Shown in pieces: positions 27,939 through 36,768 of a stretch of 36,768 bases of DNA. The notes under the pieces are model-generated. The model worked only from the letters and a program-made list of their open reading frames with translations. It ran no database searches and was not told the DNA's origin. How positions within the stretch are numbered: the stretch's first letter is position 1; each line of letters opens with the position of its first letter. The stretch is taken from the NCBI GenBank assembly GCA_023229405.1, contig JALNZH010000003.1, positions 1 through 36,768 on the forward strand, given 5' to 3'. A program made the translations under genes and the position numbers. Source of the stretch: Bacteroidota bacterium. GTDB taxonomy: Bacteria; Bacteroidota; Ignavibacteria; UBA10030; UBA8401.

Positions 27939-28117
27939 CAAACAGGGAATATCAAAAGAAACAACATCGTGGAAGCGCTCCTCTCGTGCTTGTTTCACCG
28001 GTTAACAAGGGCGTCAATTCCACAGAAGAGTGGAGAAACAGAATATGGTATCCTGTTTCATCCGAACCACAAATGAATAATGCCCCCGGCGTAACCACTC
28101 CGGATCGTGCTGATTAA
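27935..28117 (+). CDS. Small hypothetical protein
   Basis: 60 aa, coupled to the previous ORF by ATGA overlap; no recognisable motif. Confidence 0.35.
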   Translation: MTNREYQKKQHRGSAPLVLVSPVNKGVNSTEEWRNRIWYPVSSEPQMNNAPGVTTPDRAD

Positions 28118-28157
28118 TTCTTCCTACACTTCCGGAGATACTGAAAAGGACTACACT

Positions 28158-28376
28158 ATGGAAACGAACATTGGAACAATCGATCAAATGATCCGCATCG
28201 CGGGACTTATTATTTGCGCATTTCTCTATGTTACCGAAACATTGACGGGATTCGTCGGCACAATCATGGGACTTATTGCCATCTACTGTTTTGTCACCGC
28301 GTTAACCCGCTACAGTCCCGTCTGGGAAATGCTCGGCATTTCCACGGAGAAGAAGTTCCATAAGATCATCCATTAG
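28158..28376 (+). CDS. DUF2892 (YgaP-like) membrane protein
   Basis: METNIGTIDQMIR...two TMs...SPVWEMLGIST. AAGGA RBS. Confidence 0.85.
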   Translation: METNIGTIDQMIRIAGLIICAFLYVTETLTGFVGTIMGLIAIYCFVTALTRYSPVWEMLGISTEKKFHKIIH

Positions 28377-28510
28377 GAAATTCTTCCGCATTCGAATCAT
28401 ACCTTTCCGTCCTCATTGCCGGCACTGAAAAGTGCGGATAATTATTCCTCTTGCTCTTCTGGCAATATTCTGCAACATTTTTTTCCGTTCACCTACAACC
28501 TTTCGTATAT

Positions 28511-28990
28511 ATGGAATCATATACCTCTCTCATCACTGAATTTCTCCAACAACCTTTCATCGCTGTCGTCGGCATTTCTTCAAGCAAACAGACCATCGCC
28601 AACGATATCTGCCAAAAATTACGGAATGGCAGACGAACAGTGTATGCCGTCGGACGAAACAGTACGTCGTTTCAAAACGATTCCTGTTATCCCGATCTTG
28701 CCTCGCTCCCTTCTCCAGTACAGGGTGTGTTCGTAGTAGCGCGACCAGTAAATGTTGATCGGATCGTGGAGGAATGTATTACGCTAAAGATTCCCCGCGT
28801 CTGGATCCACAATATGGCAGGCATAAACACCGCATCGGCTTCCGGCATTTCAGAGCAGACCAGACAACAATGTCGCGATCACGGCATCACACTAATCCCC
28901 GGCGCTTGTCCGATGATGTTCGTAAACAATGCCGATTTTGGCCACCGCTGCATCAAATGGTTTCTCTCCGTCACCGGACGATTGAAATAA
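28511..28990 (+). CDS. CoA-binding protein (YccU-like)
   Basis: IAVVGISS, CYPDLASLP, IPRVWIH, LIPGACPMMF. Confidence 0.88.
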   Translation: MESYTSLITEFLQQPFIAVVGISSSKQTIANDICQKLRNGRRTVYAVGRNSTSFQNDSCYPDLASLPSPVQGVFVVARPVNVDRIVEECITLKIPRVWIHNMAGINTASASGISEQTRQQCRDHGITLIPGACPMMFVNNADFGHRCIKWFLSVTGRLK

Positions 28991-29163
28991 TTCTGTTCTG
29001 AAGATTCATCACCTCTTTCTTCTACGGTGTTACCAACATTCCAAATTGTAAAGATTTGGAATGTCTCCACTACAAAAAGGTTTTTCTCCTTGCGTTTCAA
29101 GCAATATTACCCAAACTTTATTCCTCAAGACCCCGTTTTTACAATTACACAAGGAGCACAATA

Positions 29164-30513
29164 ATGAAAACGTTACTACTGATCATCGCAGCACTGATGA
29201 TCGTCTCGGTATGGAACGGACCGCTTGCTGCACAGGCAAAGATCCTTCCATATCCGATCAATCAGAAACAGCTACCGAACGGATTGAATGTCGTCACCGT
29301 TCAGTTCGACAGTCCCGGACTTGCCGCATTGTATATTGTTGTCCGCGTCGGTTCGCGCAACGAAGTGGAACAGGGCGTCACCGGATTTGCTCATTTTTTT
29401 GAACACATGATGTTCCGCGGTACAGAAAAATATTCCCGCGATAAATATAACGATGTGCTGAAATCGATCGGCGCCGGAGCGAATGCCAACACCTGGTTCG
29501 ATCGCACCATTTATCATATGACCGGCGATGCAACCAAACTTGAAACAATGTTCGAGATCGAGGCTGATCGCTTTATGAATTTGAAATACACCGAACACGA
29601 TTTTAAAACTGAAGCTGGCGCAGTAAAAGGGGAATATACAAAGAACAATGCAAGCCCGTACGCGCAGTTGGAAGAAAACTTGCTGAACACCGCGTTCGAC
29701 AAACACACCTACAAGCATACCACAATGGGCTTTTTGAAAGATGTCATCGATATGCCGAACCAATATACCTATTCGCTGGAGTTCTTTAACCGGTATTATC
29801 GTCCCGAATATTCCACCATCGTTGTGGTTGGAGACGCCAACGCGGAACAGGTAAATGCGCTGGCGGAAAAATATTTCGGCATGTGGCAGCATGGAACGCA
29901 TCTCTCTGCCGTCCCGCCGGAACCGCCGCAGGATACCGTACGGTATACGCACCTGGAAAACGGATCTATTCCTCCGTACCTCGGTTTGAACTTCAAAACT
30001 CCGGCATACAGCGATCAGGACATCAATGTTCCGGCAATCGATGTGTTGAACGCGATACTGTTTTCCGAAACCTCTTTTCTCTATAAAAAGCTGGTATTGG
30101 AAGAACAGAAAGTGCGCAATCTCAGCGGTGATATGCTCTTCACCCGCGATCCATATCTTTCCTCTATTGAAGTATCGCTGGTGAAAAAAGAAGATTTGCA
30201 GTATGTGAAAGATGAAATTTTGAAAGCGATTGAAGACTTTAAAAAGAACGGCACGACGGATAAAAATCTCATAGAGACAAAGTCCCGCATGAAATACAGC
30301 TACGCCATGTCTATCGATAATCCTTCCACCATCGCCAATTCCCTTAGCACATTTATTACGCTGATCGGCGATCCGGAATCGCTTAACCGGATGTATGCAT
30401 TGTATGAAAAGGTAACAGTGGATGATCTGAAAGCAGCCGCAACAAAATATTATGTTCCGTCCGGATTGACCGTTGCTACGATCTCCGCCGACGCGCAAGG
30501 AGGTGTAAAATAA
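29164..30513 (+). CDS. M16B zinc peptidase, catalytic subunit
   Basis: Signal peptide, VGSRNE, GFAHFFEHMMFRGT (HxxEH), ANANT, EAGAVKGE. Confidence 0.95.
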   Translation: MKTLLLIIAALMIVSVWNGPLAAQAKILPYPINQKQLPNGLNVVTVQFDSPGLAALYIVVRVGSRNEVEQGVTGFAHFFEHMMFRGTEKYSRDKYNDVLKSIGAGANANTWFDRTIYHMTGDATKLETMFEIEADRFMNLKYTEHDFKTEAGAVKGEYTKNNASPYAQLEENLLNTAFDKHTYKHTTMGFLKDVIDMPNQYTYSLEFFNRYYRPEYSTIVVVGDANAEQVNALAEKYFGMWQHGTHLSAVPPEPPQDTVRYTHLENGSIPPYLGLNFKTPAYSDQDINVPAIDVLNAILFSETSFLYKKLVLEEQKVRNLSGDMLFTRDPYLSSIEVSLVKKEDLQYVKDEILKAIEDFKKNGTTDKNLIETKSRMKYSYAMSIDNPSTIANSLSTFITLIGDPESLNRMYALYEKVTVDDLKAAATKYYVPSGLTVATISADAQGGVK

Positions 30514-32045
30514 TGAAGACTCTTATTCTTACTATACTGTTCTCTGCCGCGGTGTTCGCACAGCCTGTGATCGAGCTGAAACAGCCGAAATCGAACAAAA
30601 TTGTCATGAAGATCCGTTTCGCGAACGGCTCCATTGCCGATCCGAAGGGAAAAGAAGGATTAACGTATGCTGCTGCGCAGTTGATCACACAGGGGGGCAC
30701 GAAAGAAATGACCTACAGTGAAATCCAGGATAAAATTTATCCCTGGGCTGCTGGATATAATGTATTGGTCGATAAAGAAGTGACGACATTCACGTTTATG
30801 GTGCATGTCGATTTCTTGGATCAGTTCTATCCCATCGTGAAAGGATTACTCCTCTCTCCTTCATTCGCCGAGGCCGATTTCCACCGCGTAATGAAAAATC
30901 AACAGAATTATGTGGATCAAGTGATCCGCGCATCATCGGATGAAGAGTACAGCAAAAAAGCGCTGGAAGATTTGCTGTTTCGAGGAACAAACTATCAGCA
31001 TAAGGTGCAGGGAACATCCGAAAGCGTTACATCCATTACACTGGAAGATATCAAACAGCATTTCACCAATGCCTTCACTAAAAATAATGTCACCATCGGC
31101 ATCGCCGGAAATTATTCCGAAACGTTCCTAAAACAGATAACATCTGATCTTGCACAATTGTCGGGCAAAAAATTTGTTTCCTCAAAAGCAGGAAAAGCAA
31201 ATACACCGGACGGCGTACAGGTAGAGATCATTGCAAAGGATAATGCGTTCGGTTCCGCCGTTTTCACCGGCACTCCACTCGCAATCACCCGTTCCAGTAA
31301 AGAGTTTGCAGCGTTGATGGTAGCAAACTCGTATCTCGGTGAACACCGGAAATCATACGGCCAATTGTATCAAAAACTGCGCGAAACCCGTTCCATGAAC
31401 TACGGCGACTATTCCTACATTGAATGGTATAACAACGGCGGCGGAAATATGCTACCCCCTTCTGGTGTACCGCGCAGTTCCAATTATTTCTCCCTGTGGA
31501 TCCGTCCCGTACAGATCGCAAAGCAGTTGAAAAATCAGTATGCAGAACTTTCCGGCATCACCGTCGGCCATGCACACTTCGCACTTCGTATGGCTATCCG
31601 TGAAGTGGATCTAATCGTCAAGAAAGGGTTGACGAAAGAAGCATTCGAAGCAACGCGCACATTCCTGCGAAGTTATACCAAACTATATGTGCAGACTCCG
31701 AACGAACAACTCGGATATCTGATGGACTCCCGTTTTTACGGACGGAAGGATTTCATCACCGAAGTAGATAAAGAACTGGCAACACTCACGGTAAAAGATG
31801 TCAATGCCGCAGTAAAGAAGTACTGGCGCACGAACAATATGTTCGTCGCAATTATTACGGACAAGAGTGAAGCGGACGCATTGGCAAAGAGCCTAAAGGA
31901 GAACACCGCTTCACCGATGGCATATTCCGATGCAGTGAAAGCGGGATTGCCGAAGGATGTTTTAACGGAAGACGATATTGTTGCAACGTATAAACTCAAT
32001 ATAAAAAATGTAACCATCGTCGATTCAAAAGACACTTTCCAATAA
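30513..32045 (+). CDS. M16B peptidase, non-catalytic partner subunit
   Basis: M16 fold without HxxEH (EGLTYAAAQL), carrying the R/Y pair in LRETRSMNYGDYSY. TAATG overlap with the catalytic subunit. Confidence 0.9.
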   Translation: MKTLILTILFSAAVFAQPVIELKQPKSNKIVMKIRFANGSIADPKGKEGLTYAAAQLITQGGTKEMTYSEIQDKIYPWAAGYNVLVDKEVTTFTFMVHVDFLDQFYPIVKGLLLSPSFAEADFHRVMKNQQNYVDQVIRASSDEEYSKKALEDLLFRGTNYQHKVQGTSESVTSITLEDIKQHFTNAFTKNNVTIGIAGNYSETFLKQITSDLAQLSGKKFVSSKAGKANTPDGVQVEIIAKDNAFGSAVFTGTPLAITRSSKEFAALMVANSYLGEHRKSYGQLYQKLRETRSMNYGDYSYIEWYNNGGGNMLPPSGVPRSSNYFSLWIRPVQIAKQLKNQYAELSGITVGHAHFALRMAIREVDLIVKKGLTKEAFEATRTFLRSYTKLYVQTPNEQLGYLMDSRFYGRKDFITEVDKELATLTVKDVNAAVKKYWRTNNMFVAIITDKSEADALAKSLKENTASPMAYSDAVKAGLPKDVLTEDDIVATYKLNIKNVTIVDSKDTFQ

Positions 32046-32060
32046 ATCAGTTTTCCCATT

Positions 32061-32096
32061 AAAAAAAGGACCGAAAGTAGCTTTTTCGGTCCTTTT
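32061..32096 (+). terminator. Bidirectional-type intrinsic terminator
   Basis: AAAAGGACCGAAA...TTTCGGTCCTTTT. Confidence 0.8.
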
Positions 32097-32154
32097 CCTA
32101 TTTACGGATAGTGCATTATTATGTATGCGGTTAGAGGTATTTCTTGAAGAGATC

Positions 32155-32178
32155 TATCAGGACAAAATTATCCGGATA
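32155..32178. promoter_or_regulatory. Palindromic operator-like site upstream of the 600-aa gene
   Basis: TATCAGGA-N8-TCCGGATA (7 of 8 positions symmetric), 64 nt before the ATG. Confidence 0.45.
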
Positions 32179-32242
32179 AACAATATTTTGTGTACCTGCA
32201 ATAAAAAGCGTACTTTATATCAGTATAACAACAAGAGGAAAG

Positions 32243-34045
32243 ATGAATACGCAGCAGTCTTTACACTCATTTCATGTTCCGGTCATGGGGATCGGATTCA
32301 CCGTTGACACACCAATTAAGGTGGCACATTACGGTATTTCCTCCGTTATGTCTTTGGTGGACGACATCCTGGTCGAAAAAATGCGGGAGTTCTATAGTCA
32401 AAAACTGAATCTTCCGTTCGCTCCGATCACCGAAAAGAACAGCAGCGATCATCGCGCGGAACGGATCACCGCCTATTTGAACATGGTGGATAAAATCGTT
32501 CACGACAAATTTGAAAGTGTTAAACGATCCATCCACGACACCGGCGAAGAAGTGCAGAAGTACGTCGACATGCTCCCCGATCTTTCGGCCGTAAAGAAAC
32601 AGTTTCAAGAATTGATCGCAAAGAATACTGTAAAGGAAGATATCGCGGCATGGATCGACAAGCATTTATATCCCGGTAGTATCGACGTGAACATTATGAC
32701 GAAGCTGGACAAAGAGAATTACCGCGGCGACGAAAAACTTCCGAATGAATTTAACGACGCGCACGCAGCGCTCCGTGGATTCGCTAAGAGCACGCTCCGT
32801 TCCTGCATCGTCTTTTCTGCTGGCATGAATCCCCGTCTCTACGGGTATATCGAAAAATTCGACGATTTTTATCCCGACGCTAACGGCGATATCAAAAAGA
32901 AAATTATTTTAAAGGTAAGCGATTACCGTTCTGCCATCATCCAGGGAAAATTCTTGGCAAAAAAAGGATTGTGGGTTTCCGAATACCGAATCGAATCCGG
33001 TTTGAACTGCGGCGGTCATGCCTTCGCAACGGACGGATATCTTATGGGACCGATTCTGGAAGAGTTCAAGAAAAATCGGCAGGAACTGATCACCACGATT
33101 CATGGCATTGTCACAGATGCGTTACAAGCGAAAAATCGATTTGTTCCCACTGCACCGTTACCAATTAAAATTACGGCACAGGGTGGCGTAGGCACAGCGG
33201 CAGAACATAATTTCTTACTGAAATATTACGGTCTCGACTCTATCGGCTGGGGTTCGCCGTTCTTGCTGTGTCCTGAAGTGACAAATGTAGACAGCCACAC
33301 ACTCGGCCTGTTATGCAAAGCAAAAGAAGAAGATCTATACTTGAGCAATATTTCCCCGCTCGGCGTACCATTTAACAGTCTGCGTGGCAATACAAAGGAT
33401 ATCGAAAAACAGGGATATATCGACAAAGGGCGTCCCGGGAGCGCCTGCCCAAAAAAATACATTCAACTTAATACGGAATTCGGCGAACGGGCTATCTGCC
33501 GCGCATCACGGCAATATCAAAACCTGCGAATTAATTTGCTGGATGAAAAAGGATTATCGGAAGAAGAACGGCAAAAAGAATTCGATGCGATCGTCGATAA
33601 ATCCTGTATCTGCGTTGGACTCGGCACTTCTGCGCTAATTGTCAATAATTTGAATACACGCGTCGAAGGTCCCGGTGTTTCTGTTTGTCCCGGTCCCAAT
33701 ATTGCCTACTTTGACAGAGTGGTTTCGCTACGGACCATGATCGATCATATTTATGGCAGAACATCGATTGTCAATGAAACAATACGACCAAACCTGTTCA
33801 TAAAAGAGCTGCAGTTGTATGTGGATTATCTAAAAAACATGATCGACGAAACGCCGAAACCGTTCACGGACAAGCAGATGAAATATTATCAGCTCTTCCA
33901 GCAGAACTTGGATGAAGGGATTGCGTATTATAAACAATTATATGCAGACTTTGAAGAAAAGGTTGCAGTATTGAAGAACGATGTTCTGCAAGAACTGGAT
34001 CAAATTAGACAGGAATTACATGAACCGGCGATGACCATAGCATAA
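32243..34045 (+). CDS. Conserved hypothetical protein; predicted FMN TIM barrel (nitronate monooxygenase/FabK-like) with a Cys cluster
   Basis: SFHVPVMGIGFT, FSAGMNP, ESGLNCGGHAF, ITAQGGVG and IGWGSPFL parallel the PM/AGGH/AAGG/GT-F motifs of NMO/FabK. Cys motifs CPKK, ICRAS, KSCICVGL, VCPGPN. Confidence 0.7.
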   Translation: MNTQQSLHSFHVPVMGIGFTVDTPIKVAHYGISSVMSLVDDILVEKMREFYSQKLNLPFAPITEKNSSDHRAERITAYLNMVDKIVHDKFESVKRSIHDTGEEVQKYVDMLPDLSAVKKQFQELIAKNTVKEDIAAWIDKHLYPGSIDVNIMTKLDKENYRGDEKLPNEFNDAHAALRGFAKSTLRSCIVFSAGMNPRLYGYIEKFDDFYPDANGDIKKKIILKVSDYRSAIIQGKFLAKKGLWVSEYRIESGLNCGGHAFATDGYLMGPILEEFKKNRQELITTIHGIVTDALQAKNRFVPTAPLPIKITAQGGVGTAAEHNFLLKYYGLDSIGWGSPFLLCPEVTNVDSHTLGLLCKAKEEDLYLSNISPLGVPFNSLRGNTKDIEKQGYIDKGRPGSACPKKYIQLNTEFGERAICRASRQYQNLRINLLDEKGLSEEERQKEFDAIVDKSCICVGLGTSALIVNNLNTRVEGPGVSVCPGPNIAYFDRVVSLRTMIDHIYGRTSIVNETIRPNLFIKELQLYVDYLKNMIDETPKPFTDKQMKYYQLFQQNLDEGIAYYKQLYADFEEKVAVLKNDVLQELDQIRQELHEPAMTIA

Positions 34046-34071
34046 TTTAAAGAAGGAACCAGTAAGACAAC

Positions 34072-34097
34072 AGCCGCGAGTAATTCGCGGTTTTTTT
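34072..34097 (+). terminator. Intrinsic terminator
   Basis: AGCCGCGA-GTAAT-TCGCGGTT followed by a T-run. Confidence 0.8.
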
Positions 34098-34448
34098 ATT
34101 TCATGACAAACAGAATATGTCCGGCACAACTAATGTCTGTCTGGGAAGTTGTTTGAATTGAGTATACACGTATCGCACAGTAGAGTCGTTCCCCGGTATG
34201 TGCTACTCCGCTCTAATGTCCTCCCCGCCCGTTGCCGCTGAATAATATTCAATTACAAACGATCGAAGTTCTTTCGATCATAGTATAGAATAACGCTTCG
34301 AGAAATCTGCGCAGATAATATTGAATGGCTACATCCGAAAATGATGGAAAATAGAGTAGTAGCTGGAACGACAGGACGTGCATACAACTTTCATGAATGA
34401 AACGGGGACGTTCACCTGCTCGTTCCCCGATACATAACACTCTTTACA

Positions 34449-35243
34449 TTATTTCGTCTGCATCGTTGTATAATCCAATTCCGTTCCCCAGAGACTATGC
34501 GGAATGAGGAAAACAATCAGTGTAATAACAGCCGCAGCCAGAATCCATCGCTTCGAATCTTTCGATCGCAGTAAGGCAACCACAGCCGTCAGCCATCCCA
34601 AAAATGCAATCAATGTTTTATTATCCGTAATGTCGTTGCCAAACGGAAATCCTGTCCACCACTCATTAAACGCATACTTCAGTACAAGCGGACCCATAAT
34701 CATCCCGCCGAATGTAATGACAGCGAATGTCATATACGTAAGACGTTTCAATGAAGGATTTTGTGCAAATACTTCCAACCCTGTCCGGGCAGAAAACAAC
34801 ATACCGAAAAACATTGCGGCAATATGTACGATCAGCACCGCCGCCGGCACATCGCCGCGGAACCGAATAACGGTGGACGCAGAAAATGTTTGCTTTCCGT
34901 CTGTAAGAAACACCGTATAGTGCAACTTCCCGGCTGGAGGCTGCTGCGGAAGCAGCGCCGTGAGCGTACCGCTGTTTATTGTCATCGGAACAGACATAAC
35001 CGGGTCATCGGTGTTGTACCGTTTCCATTCCACTCTTCCGGAAATGGCAGCGTTGTTCGTTACAACGGAAACCGGATGATCGCTCGCCCCTCCGTGTGCC
35101 CGCTCCAACACCACTTCAATCGCTTTGCCGTCCAGTAGTGTAACATACTGTTTAGGATAACTCGGACCGGTCATGCGTTGGAATACTGCGGAGCCAGCGG
35201 TGATAAAAAATGCAAGAAGCCAAAGATGGTACGATCGTTTCAT
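34449..35243 (-). CDS. Hypothetical membrane protein (TM, soluble domain, 4 TM)
   Basis: QRMTGPSYP, QPPAGKLHY, RFRGDVP, WTGFPFGNDITDNKT, IPHS. Start reassigned to ATG 35243. Confidence 0.85.
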   Translation of the reverse strand: MKRSYHLWLLAFFITAGSAVFQRMTGPSYPKQYVTLLDGKAIEVVLERAHGGASDHPVSVVTNNAAISGRVEWKRYNTDDPVMSVPMTINSGTLTALLPQQPPAGKLHYTVFLTDGKQTFSASTVIRFRGDVPAAVLIVHIAAMFFGMLFSARTGLEVFAQNPSLKRLTYMTFAVITFGGMIMGPLVLKYAFNEWWTGFPFGNDITDNKTLIAFLGWLTAVVALLRSKDSKRWILAAAVITLIVFLIPHSLWGTELDYTTMQTK

Positions 35244-35289
35244 AAAAAGACTTTCCAAAGATCAATAAAAATATTGTTCCTAAACATTG

Positions 35290-35307
35290 TGCAAAGTCTA
35301 TGCCGAA
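35290..35307 (-). promoter_or_regulatory. Putative sigma-54 (-24/-12) promoter
   Basis: Minus strand TTCGGCATAGACTTTGCA gives GG-N10-GC with TTGCA, about 47 nt upstream of ATG 35243. Confidence 0.55.
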
Positions 35308-35506
35308 AGAAATTCTGGTTTTTGAAATGAAATAGTGAACACTGTTTCTTAGAAGTGAAATTTGATGCAGTCGATTTTTCAATAACGATACCTGCTATGC
35401 TTCAAACAAGCATTTCTTGTCACCTATGGCAATAAAAAACAATTGTTTGATGTTTTATCAGAGTAACGAAGAAATTGCTTTAAAAAGTCTTCCGGTAAGC
35501 GAGAAA

Positions 35507-35899
35507 CTAGCTGATCACTTCGGGGGTGGGTGTTACGTAGATACGGGTGATTCTCCATCGTCCACGGTCGAACGTAAAGAGTGCGGTCATATCAATTTGA
35601 CGTCCGTTAAAAAGTGCTGAAGAGGTAATCGTAGATTGTAAGCCAGAGACAACGGCTGAGTATTGAATTGTTCCACCGGATAATGAAGCATCTTCTGTAA
35701 AATTAGGAATGCCGCTATCATTTCCCATCTTCACCAATGCCATCGAAATCCCAGTGCGAGCAAGATGCTCAGCTTGCACAGAGTTTGAAACCGCTTCCAC
35801 TGTATAGCTGTTCGTCCGTTCAGCTTGATAAAAGCTAACCGTATAGAACCCGAGAATCAGGTACACTCCCGACAGCATTATAATTTTTGATGATCCCAT
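35507..35899 (-). CDS. Hypothetical protein, PilX/minor-pilin-like N-terminus
   Basis: MG + hydrophobic stretch, then QAEHLARTGISMAL (PilX-type A..A.G helix) and a short beta-rich C-terminus. Confidence 0.55.
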   Translation of the reverse strand: MGSSKIIMLSGVYLILGFYTVSFYQAERTNSYTVEAVSNSVQAEHLARTGISMALVKMGNDSGIPNFTEDASLSGGTIQYSAVVSGLQSTITSSALFNGRQIDMTALFTFDRGRWRITRIYVTPTPEVIS

Positions 35900-36203
35900 A
35901 ATCCACTATGCGGTTTAGTATCTGTATGTAATCTATGAATTCCCCTTTATTGAAGCAAGTATAAACTTGTTAGAGCTCTCTAACCTACTATCAAAAAAAC
36001 GGCTATTTCTACTATTTTAAGCGACTTTTTGAGCAACGGAGGGAAATATCATGATTCAGAACACTCCAGGTCTTAAAAAGCAACTTCTCTTTTAAAAAAC
36101 GTTGCCGTTAGAGGCATACAATTTAGAAAGAAATTCCCGCAGGTATTTTTATTGATAAATAAATGAGTCACAATTTAATGGTTATAGAATATCCCGTTTC
36201 CGG

Positions 36204-36767
36204 TTACTGTTTACTTGTTTGGAGTGCATATTCAACGTCCGCGATGATATCATCGATGTGTTCAAGACCAACGGAGACGCGAAGTAATCCGGGAAGGATA
36301 CCGACTGCAGCACGTTCAGCATCGCTCAGTTTTGAATGTGTTGTGGATGCCGGATGAGTGACGATGGTACGTGAGTCACCTAAATTCGCGGTATGTGAAA
36401 GCATTTGCAGTGAGTTCAAAAATTTTCTTCCGCGGTCCACCCCTCCTTTCACAATAAAGGTGACGAGACCACCGCCAAGTTTCATCTGTTGTGACGCAAG
36501 GTAATGTTGAGGATGCGAAGGAAGAAACGGATACTTCACAGTTTCAATCTCGGCATGTTGTTCAAGATATTGCGCAAGTTTCAATGCCGATTCGCAATGA
36601 CGCTCCATTCTGACGGCAAGTGTTTCTAAGCTTTTCGACAAGATCCAGGCGTTGAACGGCGAGAGCGAAGGACCACTATGCCGTGAAAAAAATCGGACAT
36701 CCTTGATCAAGTCTTTTCGTCCAACGATAATTCCTCCGATCGTTCGTCCTTGTCCATCTAGAAATTT
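36204..36767 (-). CDS. metZ: O-succinylhomoserine sulfhydrylase (Cys/Met PLP enzyme), 5' end outside the window
   Basis: The frame extends to the window edge as KFLDGQGRTIGG (PLP Lys with MetZ-type DGQGR), then SPFNAW, TANLGDSRT, HPASTTH, LRVSVGLE. Confidence 0.85.
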   Translation of the reverse strand, partial: KFLDGQGRTIGGIIVGRKDLIKDVRFFSRHSGPSLSPFNAWILSKSLETLAVRMERHCESALKLAQYLEQHAEIETVKYPFLPSHPQHYLASQQMKLGGGLVTFIVKGGVDRGRKFLNSLQMLSHTANLGDSRTIVTHPASTTHSKLSDAERAAVGILPGLLRVSVGLEHIDDIIADVEYALQTSKQ

Positions 36768-36768
36768 T

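Noticed and set aside
29272-30498. 408-aa antisense ORF, and similar shadow ORFs such as 31-456, 484-801, 14169-15212 and 20905-21414
   Set aside because: They lie wholly opposite well-supported genes and have no protein-like motifs; explained by codon bias on the coding strand.

Overview
Bacterial chromosomal window, most consistent with an FCB-group organism of the Ignavibacteria/Bacteroidota type (T9SS type-A sorting tail QNYPNPFNPSTTI, TAnnTTTG-like promoter boxes, Bacteroidota-type hypothetical families). It contains about 35 CDSs, two cut by the window edges: a CHASE3-PAS-PAS sensor on the left, absent from the ORF track, and metZ on the right. Recognisable genes include hutU, an ECF sigma/anti-sigma pair, two paralogous response regulators with a roadblock-like protein, a PP2C phosphatase, an M64 peptidase, creD, a PHP phosphoesterase, DUF1572, BNR/T9SS and NHL propeller proteins, AraC+SRPBCC, a YbaK-family deacylase, DUF3795, a nucleotidyltransferase, an M16 peptidase pair and a 600-aa Cys-rich NMO/FabK-like protein. 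I found no rRNA, tRNA, CRISPR array or intact transposase. The main unannotated structures are: (1) six MITE-like elements in at least two, probably three, end families, two with exact target-site duplications and three carrying the same nested palindromic REP-like core; (2) a symmetric back-to-back ECF promoter pair; (3) a roadblock + twin receiver locus with no adjacent kinase or GTPase; (4) an isolated alpha-2-macroglobulin thioester fragment; (5) several structured leaders or candidate sRNAs. All family calls come from motif recognition by eye, not from database searches.
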